64,000 bases of DNA from an uncultured Acidobacteriota bacterium (GTDB lineage: Bacteria; Acidobacteriota; Thermoanaerobaculia; UBA5066): positions 11,638-75,637 of the forward strand of contig CAWDEX010000003.1 of NCBI GenBank assembly GCA_963801475.1. Reading direction: 5' to 3'. The notes beneath the pieces were generated by a model, which searched no databases, had not been told where the DNA came from, and worked only from the letters and a program-made list of their open reading frames with translations. Each line of letters starts with the position of its first letter. Positions within the stretch are counted from its first letter, which is position 1. This document shows, in pieces, positions 17,817 to 26,513 of this stretch. Position numbers and translations under genes: made by a program.

Positions 17817-18305
17817 TGTAGGGGCGCAGTGAGAATTGCGACGCCCGGATCGCACGGAAGAGCGGGGTGGCAGTCTTGGAAAGGTCGCGCACACTCCGGG
17901 CGAACCCGCTCATTCGAAAGCGGTTCCGGGCTGATAACGGGTTGAAGGTCCTCTGCTCGGACTGAGAACGCAGGGCGTCTGGCCGACCGACTAGGGAGCC
18001 ACTTTACTTTCCCGCGAACGTTTGGAAGGTCTGCGGTTAACAGACGCCCCGCGACGACCTCGCGGGGCGTCGTCTAGAGGGCGTGTGGTCAGAAGGACTG
18101 CGCTATCGGGTCGCTGAATCCGGACCCAAAGCCGCTTTCCGACGAGCAGAAATGCCGAGAACGCCTGAGAGCGGCTGACGGGTGGGCCGGGAGGACGTTT
18201 CGCTGGTTACCAGGCGCGCGGGTTTTCACCGAGCTGAGGCATGACTCTGGTCTCTGCGCGCCGCACCCGCCGGCAATTCCCATCGCGCGGCTATGCGCCC
18301 CCACA
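17817..18305 (+). mobile_element. Dispersed repeat family, apparently full-length copy (MITE-like, imperfect TIRs)
   Basis: Left end TGTAGGGGCGCAGTGAGAATTGC; right end reverse complement TGTGGGGGCGCATAG..TGGGAATTGCC; core GGAGCCA 17995-18001, GCGGTTAACAG, hairpin 18043-18071; no target-site duplication seen. Confidence 0.7.
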
Positions 18306-18389
18306 GCTGGCCACGTGGCCCTGCCGCGCGTGGGTGCGCGGCAGGGCCGCCGTCAGGCAAACGCGACGAGCGAAACCAGCCCCGAGCGT

Positions 18390-18989
18390 TCAGGGAATGT
18401 CGACGAAGAAGCCGGTCACCGTGTAGCTGACGGTATCGGTCCCGACGTCGGAATTGCGGATCGCCGACACGGTCACGTTGGTGCCGGGATCGCAGTAGGC
18501 GCGAAGCTGCTCGTGGGCGATGAAGCCAATGGTGTCGACCGCGCTTTTGATCGTCGTCTGCGGGACGAAGCCGAATCCGCCGAGGGAACCGCCGCCCTGG
18601 TTGCCCAGGCTGAAGGAGACGATCTGGTTTCCGCCGGTCAGGATGTTGGAGCGCATTGTGACGTATTCGATGACCAGACGCTTGCCGGCGGGGACGGCGA
18701 ACGAATCGCTTCCGCCGAAGGCCGGCGCCTCGATCTGGAACGACCCGAAATGTTGAAACGGCTGCCGTGCCGGCTCGTCGCGATCCTGGACCGTCACGGT
18801 CGGGAGACTGGCCACGGCAACCGTCGGCGTGTTGGTCACAGTCGTCGGAATGGGGTTCGCCGGCGAATTGGCGACGATCACGTCCTTGACCGCGTCGGCG
18901 ATCGCGCGACCGGTCCCGCCAAGGTTGAAAAGAAGGGCGATGATGGCGAGTCCCATTGCGGCGTAGGCGAGACGGCTGTGCTTCTGCAT
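18390..18989 (-). CDS. Secreted hypothetical protein
   Basis: Signal peptide; DVIVANSPANPIP and VPAGKRLVIEYV motifs; CAGGAGG RBS. Confidence 0.8.
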   Translation of the reverse strand: MQKHSRLAYAAMGLAIIALLFNLGGTGRAIADAVKDVIVANSPANPIPTTVTNTPTVAVASLPTVTVQDRDEPARQPFQHFGSFQIEAPAFGGSDSFAVPAGKRLVIEYVTMRSNILTGGNQIVSFSLGNQGGGSLGGFGFVPQTTIKSAVDTIGFIAHEQLRAYCDPGTNVTVSAIRNSDVGTDTVSYTVTGFFVDIP

Positions 18990-18992
18990 CTG

Positions 18993-19033
18993 AGTACCCT
19001 CCTGAATTGATCTTAGTACCCTCCTGAATGGAT
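18993..19033. repeat. 22-bp-period tandem duplication containing the RBS
   Basis: agtaccctcctgaattgat (18993) and agtaccctcctgaatggat (19015). Confidence 0.85.
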
Positions 19034-19133
19034 AGCGGGATCTGAGCTGTGCTGGCCGCTCGTCTCCCGGTCCCTGCACCATCCGCCGCGCCGATGAGAC
19101 GATGCGTTGAATCTCCAGAGCGCCCGAACCGGG

Positions 19134-19495
19134 GTAGGGACGTAGTGGGAATTGCCGGGACTGCAGAAGCGCAATCGAAGTTGGGGCAGGGACTTACTGG
19201 AGCACGACGTGGCTGGGGCCTCCGCATAGGCAGGGTTCCATCCCGTTGTGCCTCACCTGAAGGTGGTGCTCTTCTCGGGCTCGACGCCGGGCCCTGAACG
19301 AGAACGGCCAGCCGTTGCCCGGAGTCGAGACACTGGACCCCACTCGGCGACGCTTGGTGTGCTTCCCCCGGCCGCTGGTGCGGCCTCGTGACCGGGGTCG
19401 CACTCTCACAGAGACGTCAAGTGCCGCGGGGTAACCGATTCATTCAGAACCGATTTAGAGCCGAGAACGGGTCAGTTGATCTCTGTTCTGTCCGA
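19134..19495 (+). repeat. Dispersed repeat family, left end plus 5' part of core
   Basis: GTAGGGACGTAGTGGGAATTGCCGGG at 19134; ttcattcagaaccgatttagagccgagaacgggtc..tctctgtt at 19439 aligns with 4053-4110. Confidence 0.7.
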
Positions 19496-19515
19496 GGTTG
19501 ACGACGACTTGCCGA

Positions 19516-21291
19516 TCATTGAACCGGGCCCTCGCTTTTCGCAAGCGGACGCAAGCGCTGCCTGACGAGCGCGAGCAATGCCGCCTCCGGAGAACCCGGA
19601 CATAAGTCATCATCGCCTGGCTGTGCGTCAGTTCCTTTCGGCTTCATGCAATGCTGTTGCAAATAGCGAGAGACGCCCAGAAACTTATCCAACGGTAGTC
19701 CCGCAGCTTCGAGCAGCGCGGCCGGGAGTGCGCTCACCGCAGTATCGACCGGCCCTGTTCCGGTCGCGCGATTGCGCCAGAGCAAGTACGGGACTTTACG
19801 AAGCGCGGGTTCCTGCCAAGGGTTGCTGACGCCGAACGCGGCGAACACCGCCGGCATCGCTGGCGCGTGATCGCCCAGAAACAGCAGCGCACCGGGACGC
19901 CCTGAGTTTTCAAGTCCTTCGATGACGCAGCCCGCCATAGCCGCCGCGTTACGGACATGGTAGAGATAGCGCTGAAGTTGCAGATCGATCTGTTCCGGTA
20001 GATGATAATTCTCCGTATCGGAAGGCTGTAATACGTCTGTCTGGCCACGATCGAAACTCCAGGGACCGTGATTCTCCATCGAAACCGCGAAAATGAAGCG
20101 CGGCTTGTCGCTATCCTCTAACAAAACCCGGATCTTCTGACAGACCGCCCGATCGCTCACGTACGGGCCGTCGTACGTGGGAGCCTGAAAGTCGGTCAGC
20201 GACAGAAAGGTATCGAACCCGAGCCGCGGGTAGGCCTCGTGCCGGCGCCAGAAGGTGTCATGAAACGGATGGATGGCTATCGTCTCGTAGCCAAGCGATT
20301 TCAGGTGCCACGGAACAGACGCGATCGGCGCAGTGACGACGGTCAAGTACGGATAGTCCATCTCGGCGCCGAAAAGAGTCGCCGGGACGCCGGTCAGAAG
20401 TGAAAACTCGGTACGCAAGGTTGCACCACCGTACGTGTCCACCGCCGCCATGCCGTATTGTGCCGTCGATTTCAACTGATCCCACAACGCATAGGCGCTC
20501 GGTGAAAATGCCGCATCCAGTACGCGGAAGTCGAAGAATCCTTCGCTCTGAATGACGACGAGATTCGGCAAGTCGTCGACGGTATTCCCTGGAGTGCCTA
20601 TCGATGCGGACAACTGTGTGACGAGTGCCAGGTCCTCCGCCTCGATTACCGGCGGCACGAAATAGCTTTGTCGGGCCGAATTCATCAGCGTGGCGATCAA
20701 GCCATGCCGCTTTACGGAGGACATTGGATCGTGATGATCGAATGGCGGTAACAGGTTTGCGTAGACGCGCTGAAGCGGGGCCCGGGGCATCAACAGCACG
20801 GGCTGTATTTGCCACAGCAGGAGAAGGCCTGCCGTGATGGAGATTGCCGCCCAGCGTTTGTCGGTCATGAGTGGTCGTTCGAGCCGAATCGCCCAGAACG
20901 GCAGCGCCAGAACAACAAGGAACAACGGAACGAACAACCACTGCTCGCGCAGGTACTTTTCGAACAAGGCCGGATTTGCCAACACCTGACCAAAAACGAT
21001 AAAGTCGGAGGCGACGACGGGTTGGCTTATGATCGACCACTTGAAGTTGTTGCCGAGGGTAATGGCCAGAAGAGCGATGACGGTGAGCGCCGTTGCCGAC
21101 AGTGAGCGCCTCACGATAAGGAGGAATGCCAGGAAGAAGTAGGCGACCGGCAGACCGTTCAGCAACAAGGCCGTGGGTGTCAGGCGGTCAAAGGGCGAGT
21201 CCGGTCTGGGTAATGCAATAATCGTACAGAGCACCATCGTGCCCAACAGGACGAAGAGAACGATACACTTGCGGTGAGTATCGAGGAGCAT
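19516..21291 (-). CDS. LTA synthase family membrane sulfatase-like protein
   Basis: N-terminal TMs; PNLVVIQSEGFFD, YGGATLRTEFSLLTG, IHP, SMENHGPW, FLGDHAP. Confidence 0.9.
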   Translation of the reverse strand: MLLDTHRKCIVLFVLLGTMVLCTIIALPRPDSPFDRLTPTALLLNGLPVAYFFLAFLLIVRRSLSATALTVIALLAITLGNNFKWSIISQPVVASDFIVFGQVLANPALFEKYLREQWLFVPLFLVVLALPFWAIRLERPLMTDKRWAAISITAGLLLLWQIQPVLLMPRAPLQRVYANLLPPFDHHDPMSSVKRHGLIATLMNSARQSYFVPPVIEAEDLALVTQLSASIGTPGNTVDDLPNLVVIQSEGFFDFRVLDAAFSPSAYALWDQLKSTAQYGMAAVDTYGGATLRTEFSLLTGVPATLFGAEMDYPYLTVVTAPIASVPWHLKSLGYETIAIHPFHDTFWRRHEAYPRLGFDTFLSLTDFQAPTYDGPYVSDRAVCQKIRVLLEDSDKPRFIFAVSMENHGPWSFDRGQTDVLQPSDTENYHLPEQIDLQLQRYLYHVRNAAAMAGCVIEGLENSGRPGALLFLGDHAPAMPAVFAAFGVSNPWQEPALRKVPYLLWRNRATGTGPVDTAVSALPAALLEAAGLPLDKFLGVSRYLQQHCMKPKGTDAQPGDDDLCPGSPEAALLALVRQRLRPLAKSEGPVQ

Positions 21292-21329
21292 TACGGATCG
21301 GCTCTAATCAGTGGTTCGTATTGTGCAAT

Positions 21330-22140
21330 GAAAATCAGTGTAACGCGTCACGGAACGCTTCCGTCGCTGGCTGCGGTGCGAGTCCAGGTTCCGTCCGTGC
21401 TTTCTCGCACGTGAAGAGGGTCCCTGTTTTCGACATCCTGACGGTGTCAACGCTGACCCTTGACGTGCCACGCTCGGCAAATCGAATTGCGCTTTCATTC
21501 ACACAGGAAGGAACGTCTTTAAGGCATGCCGGATTCTGAACGTCGGGGCCCGCCCACCGGTAATGTCGGCGATGCCCGGCAGGACGTCCCGTAACCTCAG
21601 GTGCTCGGACCCGGGAAGGTAGCGCTCGCCGTTTCTGCCCGGTTCAAATGCGAGCCAGTGGCCGGCGGGAACATCGTCGATTTGCTGGAGGCTCAGACCG
21701 CTATCCATATACGGGCGCATCGTGCCGTTCATTACGTCCGCCATTATCGCACCCGTCGGGGCCGGCGTGAGGTCCCGTGGCTCCGGTGGCGTGGACGGAT
21801 CAAGGGTGGCGACGCCGCTCGTAGAGACAACGCGCTCGACGTCTTCTTCGGGCGCCGTGCGCATTCGATCGACGCCAACCTCGACGTAGGCCCGGTACAA
21901 TACGGCAGGTTCACGGACCCGGAGCCGGTCGTCTGCCGCGACGTGAAGGCGACTGTCGGATCCCGCAACGGCAACACGTGAGGAGTCGGCGTCGAGCGAT
22001 CGGCAATTTACCGTTCGACGGGCGAGGCATCGACATTCGCCGTATCGCTGGCGGCTCGCAGGATGACGCCCACATCCACGCCCTGAGTCGCCAGGTGTCG
22101 GACAACGGCGGAACCGAGGAGGCCGGAAGCGCCTTTCAGG
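21330..22140 (-). pseudogene. hpnA: Decayed hopanoid-associated NAD-dependent sugar epimerase
   Basis: Fragments in several frames: GASGLLGSAVVRHL; HVAADDRLRVREPAVLYRAYV; PTGAIMADVMNGTMRPYMDSGL..DDVPAGHWLAFEPGRNGERY; VSVDTVRMSK..EKARTEPG; stops and frameshifts. Confidence 0.75.
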
Positions 22141-22293
22141 TGTCTTCTCGTCTGGGATAGGAACGTTTATTTTCGACCAAAGCGAGGCTGATGGCCGAAA
22201 TGGGCTGAAACAGTCTCAATGGCCCCGGGGGGCGGCGCACCGCGGTGTAAACCCCGAGGCGAGAGCTCACGGGGAGCGCCCGGCGCGCGGCAG

Positions 22294-22323
22294 TTGACAG
22301 CGCCACCCGGCCAATCCCAGACT
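22294..22323 (+). promoter_or_regulatory. Putative sigma70 promoter
   Basis: TTGACA-18 nt-CAGACT upstream of the gene at 22347. Confidence 0.4.
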
Positions 22324-22346
22324 GCGCCTGGCCGAGAGAGACTCCC

Positions 22347-23033
22347 GTGAGAAAGCTCCTGCTCCTGGCGTTCCTGGTGCCCGGACCCGTCCTGGCGGAC
22401 GTCGTGTACCTCAAGGGGGGAGGCAGGTTCGCCGGCCGGATCGTCGAGCAGACCGCGGAACGGATGGTCATCGACATCGGAGACGGGACCATTGGCTTCT
22501 CGATGGAACGGGTCGAGGAGATCGTGAAGGGCCCCTCGCCCCTGGACGACTATTCCGCGCGGGCGAGCAAGCTGGGCCCGCAGGACCTCAACGGCTGGCG
22601 CAGCCTGGCCCAGTGGGCTTCGGGGCAGGGACTTTCGGCCCAGGCGCGCGCGGCCTACCAGAGGGTCCTCGCGGTCGCGCCCGATGACAAGGAGGCCCGC
22701 GAGGCGCTGGGATTCGTGCAGGTCGACGGCCGCTGGCTCACCGAGGAGGAGAGCTACCGTGCCCGCGGTTACGTCAGGTACGACGGCGAGTGGATGACGC
22801 CCGCCGAGGTGCAGCTGGCGCAATCCAGCGCCGCGAGGGAGCAGGCGCGCGACGAGGCCGACAAGCGCGCCTCGGACGCGGAGTTCGCGGCCACCATGGA
22901 CCGGCTGAAGAAGCAAGAGGACGAGAAGCGTGCCCGGGAAGAAGCTGACCGGATGAGAAACAATCCTGTTTACTGGGGTGGGTGGGGCTATGGCGTGACG
23001 TACTGGCCGAATCCTGCCGGAGTTCCGAGATGA
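22347..23033 (+). CDS. Secreted hypothetical protein with TPR-like segment
   Basis: Signal peptide, ADVVYLKGGGRFAGRIV, AREALGFVQVDGRWL, GYVRYDGEWMT. Confidence 0.8.
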   Translation: MRKLLLLAFLVPGPVLADVVYLKGGGRFAGRIVEQTAERMVIDIGDGTIGFSMERVEEIVKGPSPLDDYSARASKLGPQDLNGWRSLAQWASGQGLSAQARAAYQRVLAVAPDDKEAREALGFVQVDGRWLTEEESYRARGYVRYDGEWMTPAEVQLAQSSAAREQARDEADKRASDAEFAATMDRLKKQEDEKRAREEADRMRNNPVYWGGWGYGVTYWPNPAGVPR

Positions 23034-23824
23034 GCCCGGGTGGCGGCTCCTCCAGCGGGCGCCTCGCCGCGGCGGTCCTCGTCGCGGCCCTGCTGGCCGC
23101 TCCCGGCGCCCCGGCCGCCCCTCCCACGCCGAGCGCGCCCTCCACGAAACCCGCTCCGGCTCCGACGGTCGACGAGATCGTCGAACGCTACGTGTCCGCC
23201 CGCGGGGGGATCCAGAAGCTGAGGGCCCTCCAGACGCTACGCCAGGAAGGGCGTGTCAGCGCCGGGGCAGGCCGCAACGGGCTCGTGACGCGCGAGATCA
23301 AGCGTCCCGGCAAGGTCCGATTCGAGTTCACCGTCCAGGGCGTCACCAGCGTCTTCGCCTCCGACGGCCAGCATGGATGGAAGGTGTCCCCGCTCGAAGG
23401 AGAGATGGGCCCCCAGCCCCTGCCGGACGAGGTCCTGATCGATGCGAGAGAGCAGGCCGACATCGACGGGCCCCTCGTCGACTGGAAGAGTAAGGGAAGT
23501 CAGATCGAGCTCGTCGGCCGCGAAGCCGTCGGCGGCCGCGACGCCTACAAGCTGAAAGTCACCCTCAAGAGCGGCGGGGTGCTCACCGCCTACCTCGACG
23601 TGGAATCCGCGAGCCTGGTCCGGATCGAAGCCACCCGGCGGGTGCGCGGTAAGCAGGTCCGGATCGAGACGACCTTCGGCGACTACCGGCGGGCGGGAGG
23701 GATCCTCTTCCCCCGCCTCGTCGAGGTCAGGGCCGCCGGCCGGCCACAGGTCCTCCGAGTCGTGGTGGACAAGGTCGAGGTGAATGCGCCGATGAGCGAC
23801 GCTCGCTTCGCACCCCCGGCCTGA
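23030..23824 (+). CDS. LolA-like / outer membrane lipoprotein-sorting family protein
   Basis: TVDEIVERYVSARGG, KRPGKVR, DGQHGW, GREAVGGRDAYKLKVT, DYRRAGGILFP; ATGA overlap. Confidence 0.8.
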   Translation: MSPGGGSSSGRLAAAVLVAALLAAPGAPAAPPTPSAPSTKPAPAPTVDEIVERYVSARGGIQKLRALQTLRQEGRVSAGAGRNGLVTREIKRPGKVRFEFTVQGVTSVFASDGQHGWKVSPLEGEMGPQPLPDEVLIDAREQADIDGPLVDWKSKGSQIELVGREAVGGRDAYKLKVTLKSGGVLTAYLDVESASLVRIEATRRVRGKQVRIETTFGDYRRAGGILFPRLVEVRAAGRPQVLRVVVDKVEVNAPMSDARFAPPA

Positions 23825-24016
23825 GGCGACCGGCCGCTGCCGCCGGGTCCTCGCCGGCGACTCCGCGCCTCGCCGCACGAGGTCGTCTTGGGGCTGCCAG
23901 AGAGGAGCGGCGTGACTGTCGGCGCGTGATGCCTTCGCCTCATTGCACGGGGCCCCGGTCGACCCGATCCTTGTTGAAGGAGAGCGTCGCCAGGCCGCCA
24001 AAGAGGAGCGCCCAGC

Positions 24017-24544
24017 ATGACCACTGAACCCACGACCCGGCGTTACGAGATGGTCAACGTGCGGCCGGGCTACCTGATGATCGAGCAGGAAAACCACACC
24101 TTCGCCCGGCGCTCCTACTTCGTGGCGGAGCGGACCCCGCCCCTGGAGGAGTACCGGGAGGGCGCACAGTTCTGGAAGCCTCAGGAGGCCGCACAGACCT
24201 TTCAGTTCGACGTCCGCGACACCCACACCGGCGAGGTCGTGCCCTTTGGCGAGCTGGCGGGGCTGCTCTATTACGCCTGCTGCTCGAAGGGTAGCGTCGT
24301 CTACCAGATGGGCGACCTGGCCCACGAACAGCGGATCTCGCTCTACGTGGCGATCACCACCAAGAGCGAGGACGGCCACGCACCCATGACTCTCGAGAAG
24401 GTCCGGGTCCTCAACGCGCTCTTCAACGAGCGCCTGACCAGCCCCCAGAAGAAGGTGCTGATTCTGCCCGACCTCTTCGGCCTCCACCGAGAGATCACGT
24501 ACCAGCAGATCGCGGTCGACTTCGGCCTCACGTCCATGGAATGA
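24017..24544 (+). CDS. Hypothetical protein, first gene of the redox operon
   Basis: GAGGAG RBS; coding-like codon usage; tightly coupled to the next gene. Confidence 0.75.
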   Translation: MTTEPTTRRYEMVNVRPGYLMIEQENHTFARRSYFVAERTPPLEEYREGAQFWKPQEAAQTFQFDVRDTHTGEVVPFGELAGLLYYACCSKGSVVYQMGDLAHEQRISLYVAITTKSEDGHAPMTLEKVRVLNALFNERLTSPQKKVLILPDLFGLHREITYQQIAVDFGLTSME

Positions 24545-24554
24545 GGAGCACAGG

Positions 24555-24884
24555 ATGAAGATTCAGGAACTCGCGGAGCGCCTCGAGCTCAAAGCGGCCA
24601 CCAAGGTCTTCGATCGGGACGTGACGGGCGTCTACATCTCGGACATGGTCAGCGACGTGATCGCCAACGCCAAGGCGGGCGACCTGCTGGTCACCGCGCA
24701 GGCGCACGCCAACGTGATCGCCGCGGCCAACCTGGTCGACACCTGCGCCATCGTGATTACCCAGGGCAAGGCCCTCGCCGAGGACGTGGTAAAGATGGCG
24801 GAGAAGGCCGAGATCACCGTATTCACCACGGCCCTGAACCGCTGGCAAATGGCCACCAAGCTGTACGAGGCCGGCATTCGCTAG
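24555..24884 (+). CDS. DRTGG / HPr-kinase N-terminal-like domain protein
   Basis: VTGVYISDMVSDVIANAKAGDLLVTAQAHANVIAAA. Confidence 0.88.
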   Translation: MKIQELAERLELKAATKVFDRDVTGVYISDMVSDVIANAKAGDLLVTAQAHANVIAAANLVDTCAIVITQGKALAEDVVKMAEKAEITVFTTALNRWQMATKLYEAGIR

Positions 24885-24918
24885 ACGGCCGCCCGGGGGG
24901 CGGCCCCGAGGTAAGGGC

Positions 24919-25287
24919 ATGCTTCTCGCGGAGATCGTCAGTCTGCTCGGCTGCACGGAGCTGCTGGCCCTCGACGGGGCCGGCGACCGGGAGGTCGCTG
25001 GCTGCTTCGCGGCCGACCTCATGAGCGAGGTTCTGGCGTTCTGCGGCCACGGGCCCCTCCTCGTCACCGGGTTGACCAACGTGCAGGCGGTGCACGCCGC
25101 CGAGGTGGTCGACGCGCACGCCATCCTCTACGTCAACGGCAAACGGCCCGACGCGCAGTCGCTGGCCATGGCCAGCGTGCGCGGCCTGCCCCTCCTGTCC
25201 ACCGACCTGACCATGTACGAGGCGTGCGGCCGCCTGCACCGGGGCGGCCTGCCCGCTTCCACCAATCAACGGGGGACCGCGCCCTGA
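24919..25287 (+). CDS. DRTGG domain protein
   Basis: CFAADLMSEVLAF..LLVTGLTNVQAVHAAE..VNGKRP..TMYEACGRL. Confidence 0.9.
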   Translation: MLLAEIVSLLGCTELLALDGAGDREVAGCFAADLMSEVLAFCGHGPLLVTGLTNVQAVHAAEVVDAHAILYVNGKRPDAQSLAMASVRGLPLLSTDLTMYEACGRLHRGGLPASTNQRGTAP

Positions 25288-25733
25288 GCGAGCCACTCTA
25301 CGTCGAGACCTTTCGGATCCACGGGGGCGATTTCGAGCACGGCGGAGAGGTGGCCACCCGGATCAAGTCCATCTGCAAGGACCTGGGAATCCGGCCCGAC
25401 CTCGTCCGCCGGCTCTCCATCGCCGACTTCGAGGCGGAGATGAACGTCATCATGTACGCCGACGAAGCGGAACTCACCTTCCAGGTCCTTCCCGAGGCCG
25501 TGCGGGTGGTAGTGGCGGATCGCGGCCCGGGAATCCCCGATATCGAACTGGCCATGACGCCGGGATGGACCACCGCCACGCCCGAGATGCGCGCTCGCGG
25601 ATTCGGTGCCGGACTGGGCCTTCCCAACATCAAGAACAGCGCGGACGAGTTCCAGCTCGAGTCGACCCCGGGGGTCGGCACCACCCTTACCTACGTCGTG
25701 CGACTCGCATCGAGTTCCGGATCGCCCCGTTGA
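25284..25733 (+). CDS. Anti-sigma regulatory factor / RsbT-like Ser/Thr kinase (HATPase_c)
   Basis: GGDFEHGGE, EAEMNVIMYA, DRGPGIPDIELAM.PGWTTA, GFGAGLGLPN; probable CTG start overlapping the previous TGA. Confidence 0.9.
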   Translation: MSEPLYVETFRIHGGDFEHGGEVATRIKSICKDLGIRPDLVRRLSIADFEAEMNVIMYADEAELTFQVLPEAVRVVVADRGPGIPDIELAMTPGWTTATPEMRARGFGAGLGLPNIKNSADEFQLESTPGVGTTLTYVVRLASSSGSPR

Positions 25734-25944
25734 CGGCAGGGCGACGCGCGTGGGACCGCGAGCCGCTGCTCGACTGAAGGCGACGGCGAGGGAGATCCAG
25801 ACCCGTCACCCCGGGGCCGGTCCTCCTTCGATGCTGGGCCATGCCGACATGTGCCGTCGCCTTACGGGCCGTTCCTCTCGAAAACCGGCACGCCGATGAC
25901 CCTCCATGAACCGCGTGATCGGGGCCTTTGAGGACGGCGCTGGA

Positions 25945-26059
25945 GCGTTGAGTATCGCAACTCCATGCTGAATTTCTCAACGCATCTACAACTCGGTGGA
26001 AAGCCCGGCAGGCAAGCGATCGTGAGGCTCTCTCTGTTGAGCCAGTAGAGAAGCTCAAC
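25945..26059. promoter_or_regulatory. Putative enhancer-binding-protein sites (inverted repeats)
   Basis: GCGTTGAG-N23-CTCAACGC (25945-25983) and GTTGAGC-N10-GCTCAAC (26036-26059), about 90-200 bp upstream of a -24/-12 element. Confidence 0.5.
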
Positions 26060-26147
26060 GATGAGAGGGATGCGCGCCTGCGACGCGTACTTCCGGGTTA
26101 GACGCGAAGATGTTTCTTCTGAATGACTTACGGGCTGTGACTTCGAG

Positions 26148-26164
26148 TTGGCGCGGAGAGTGCA
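26148..26164 (+). promoter_or_regulatory. Sigma54-type -24/-12 promoter
   Basis: TTGGCGCGGAGAGTGCA: GG-N10-GC spacing in TGGC..TGCA context. Confidence 0.6.
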
Positions 26165-26190
26165 CTAAACGGGCTGCCATGAGAAACCCG

Positions 26191-26424
26191 ATGACCTGCC
26201 CGTACCTGAAGGAAGTCGTAATGCTCTATTGCGACGCTTGCCCCTTCAAGAAGATGGTCCCGCTGGACCATCTGGTGTCGGCGAGTCCCTGCCTCGCGCA
26301 GAACTATCAGTTCTGCCGGCACTTCATCGAAGCCGTGGCGACCTCAGCCGCTGCCGTGGGGAAGGAAGCTCCCGAGCGGAGCGGCAGTCCCTTCATTCCG
26401 CCGAGGGAGGTAAACCAGTCATGA
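26191..26424 (+). CDS. Small Cys-rich protein
   Basis: MTCPYL..YCDACPFKKMVP..PC..YQFC; start 26179 or 26191. Confidence 0.7.
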   Translation: MTCPYLKEVVMLYCDACPFKKMVPLDHLVSASPCLAQNYQFCRHFIEAVATSAAAVGKEAPERSGSPFIPPREVNQS

Positions 26425-26501
26425 TCGCCGCCCTTCCGCTCGCCGTCCTCGCGCTCCTGATGTTGGGCCTCTTTCGCGCCGACTGTCGCCACGCCTGCTG
26501 A
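26421..26501 (+). CDS. Putative 26-aa membrane peptide
   Basis: AGGGAGG RBS, ATGA overlap, MIAALPLAVLALLMLGLFRADCRHAC. Confidence 0.45.
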   Translation: MIAALPLAVLALLMLGLFRADCRHAC

Positions 26502-26513
26502 GCAGAGGCCACC

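Noticed and set aside
17817-17845. GTAG-type REP sequence
   Set aside because: Starts GTAGGGGCG but lacks the adjacent short palindrome of REPs, and no RAYT gene is in the window; not fully excluded.
3927-19495. Repeat copies as classical integron attC sites
   Set aside because: No RYYYAAC..GTTRRRY bounded palindrome, the unit is far longer than attC, and there is no intI in the window.
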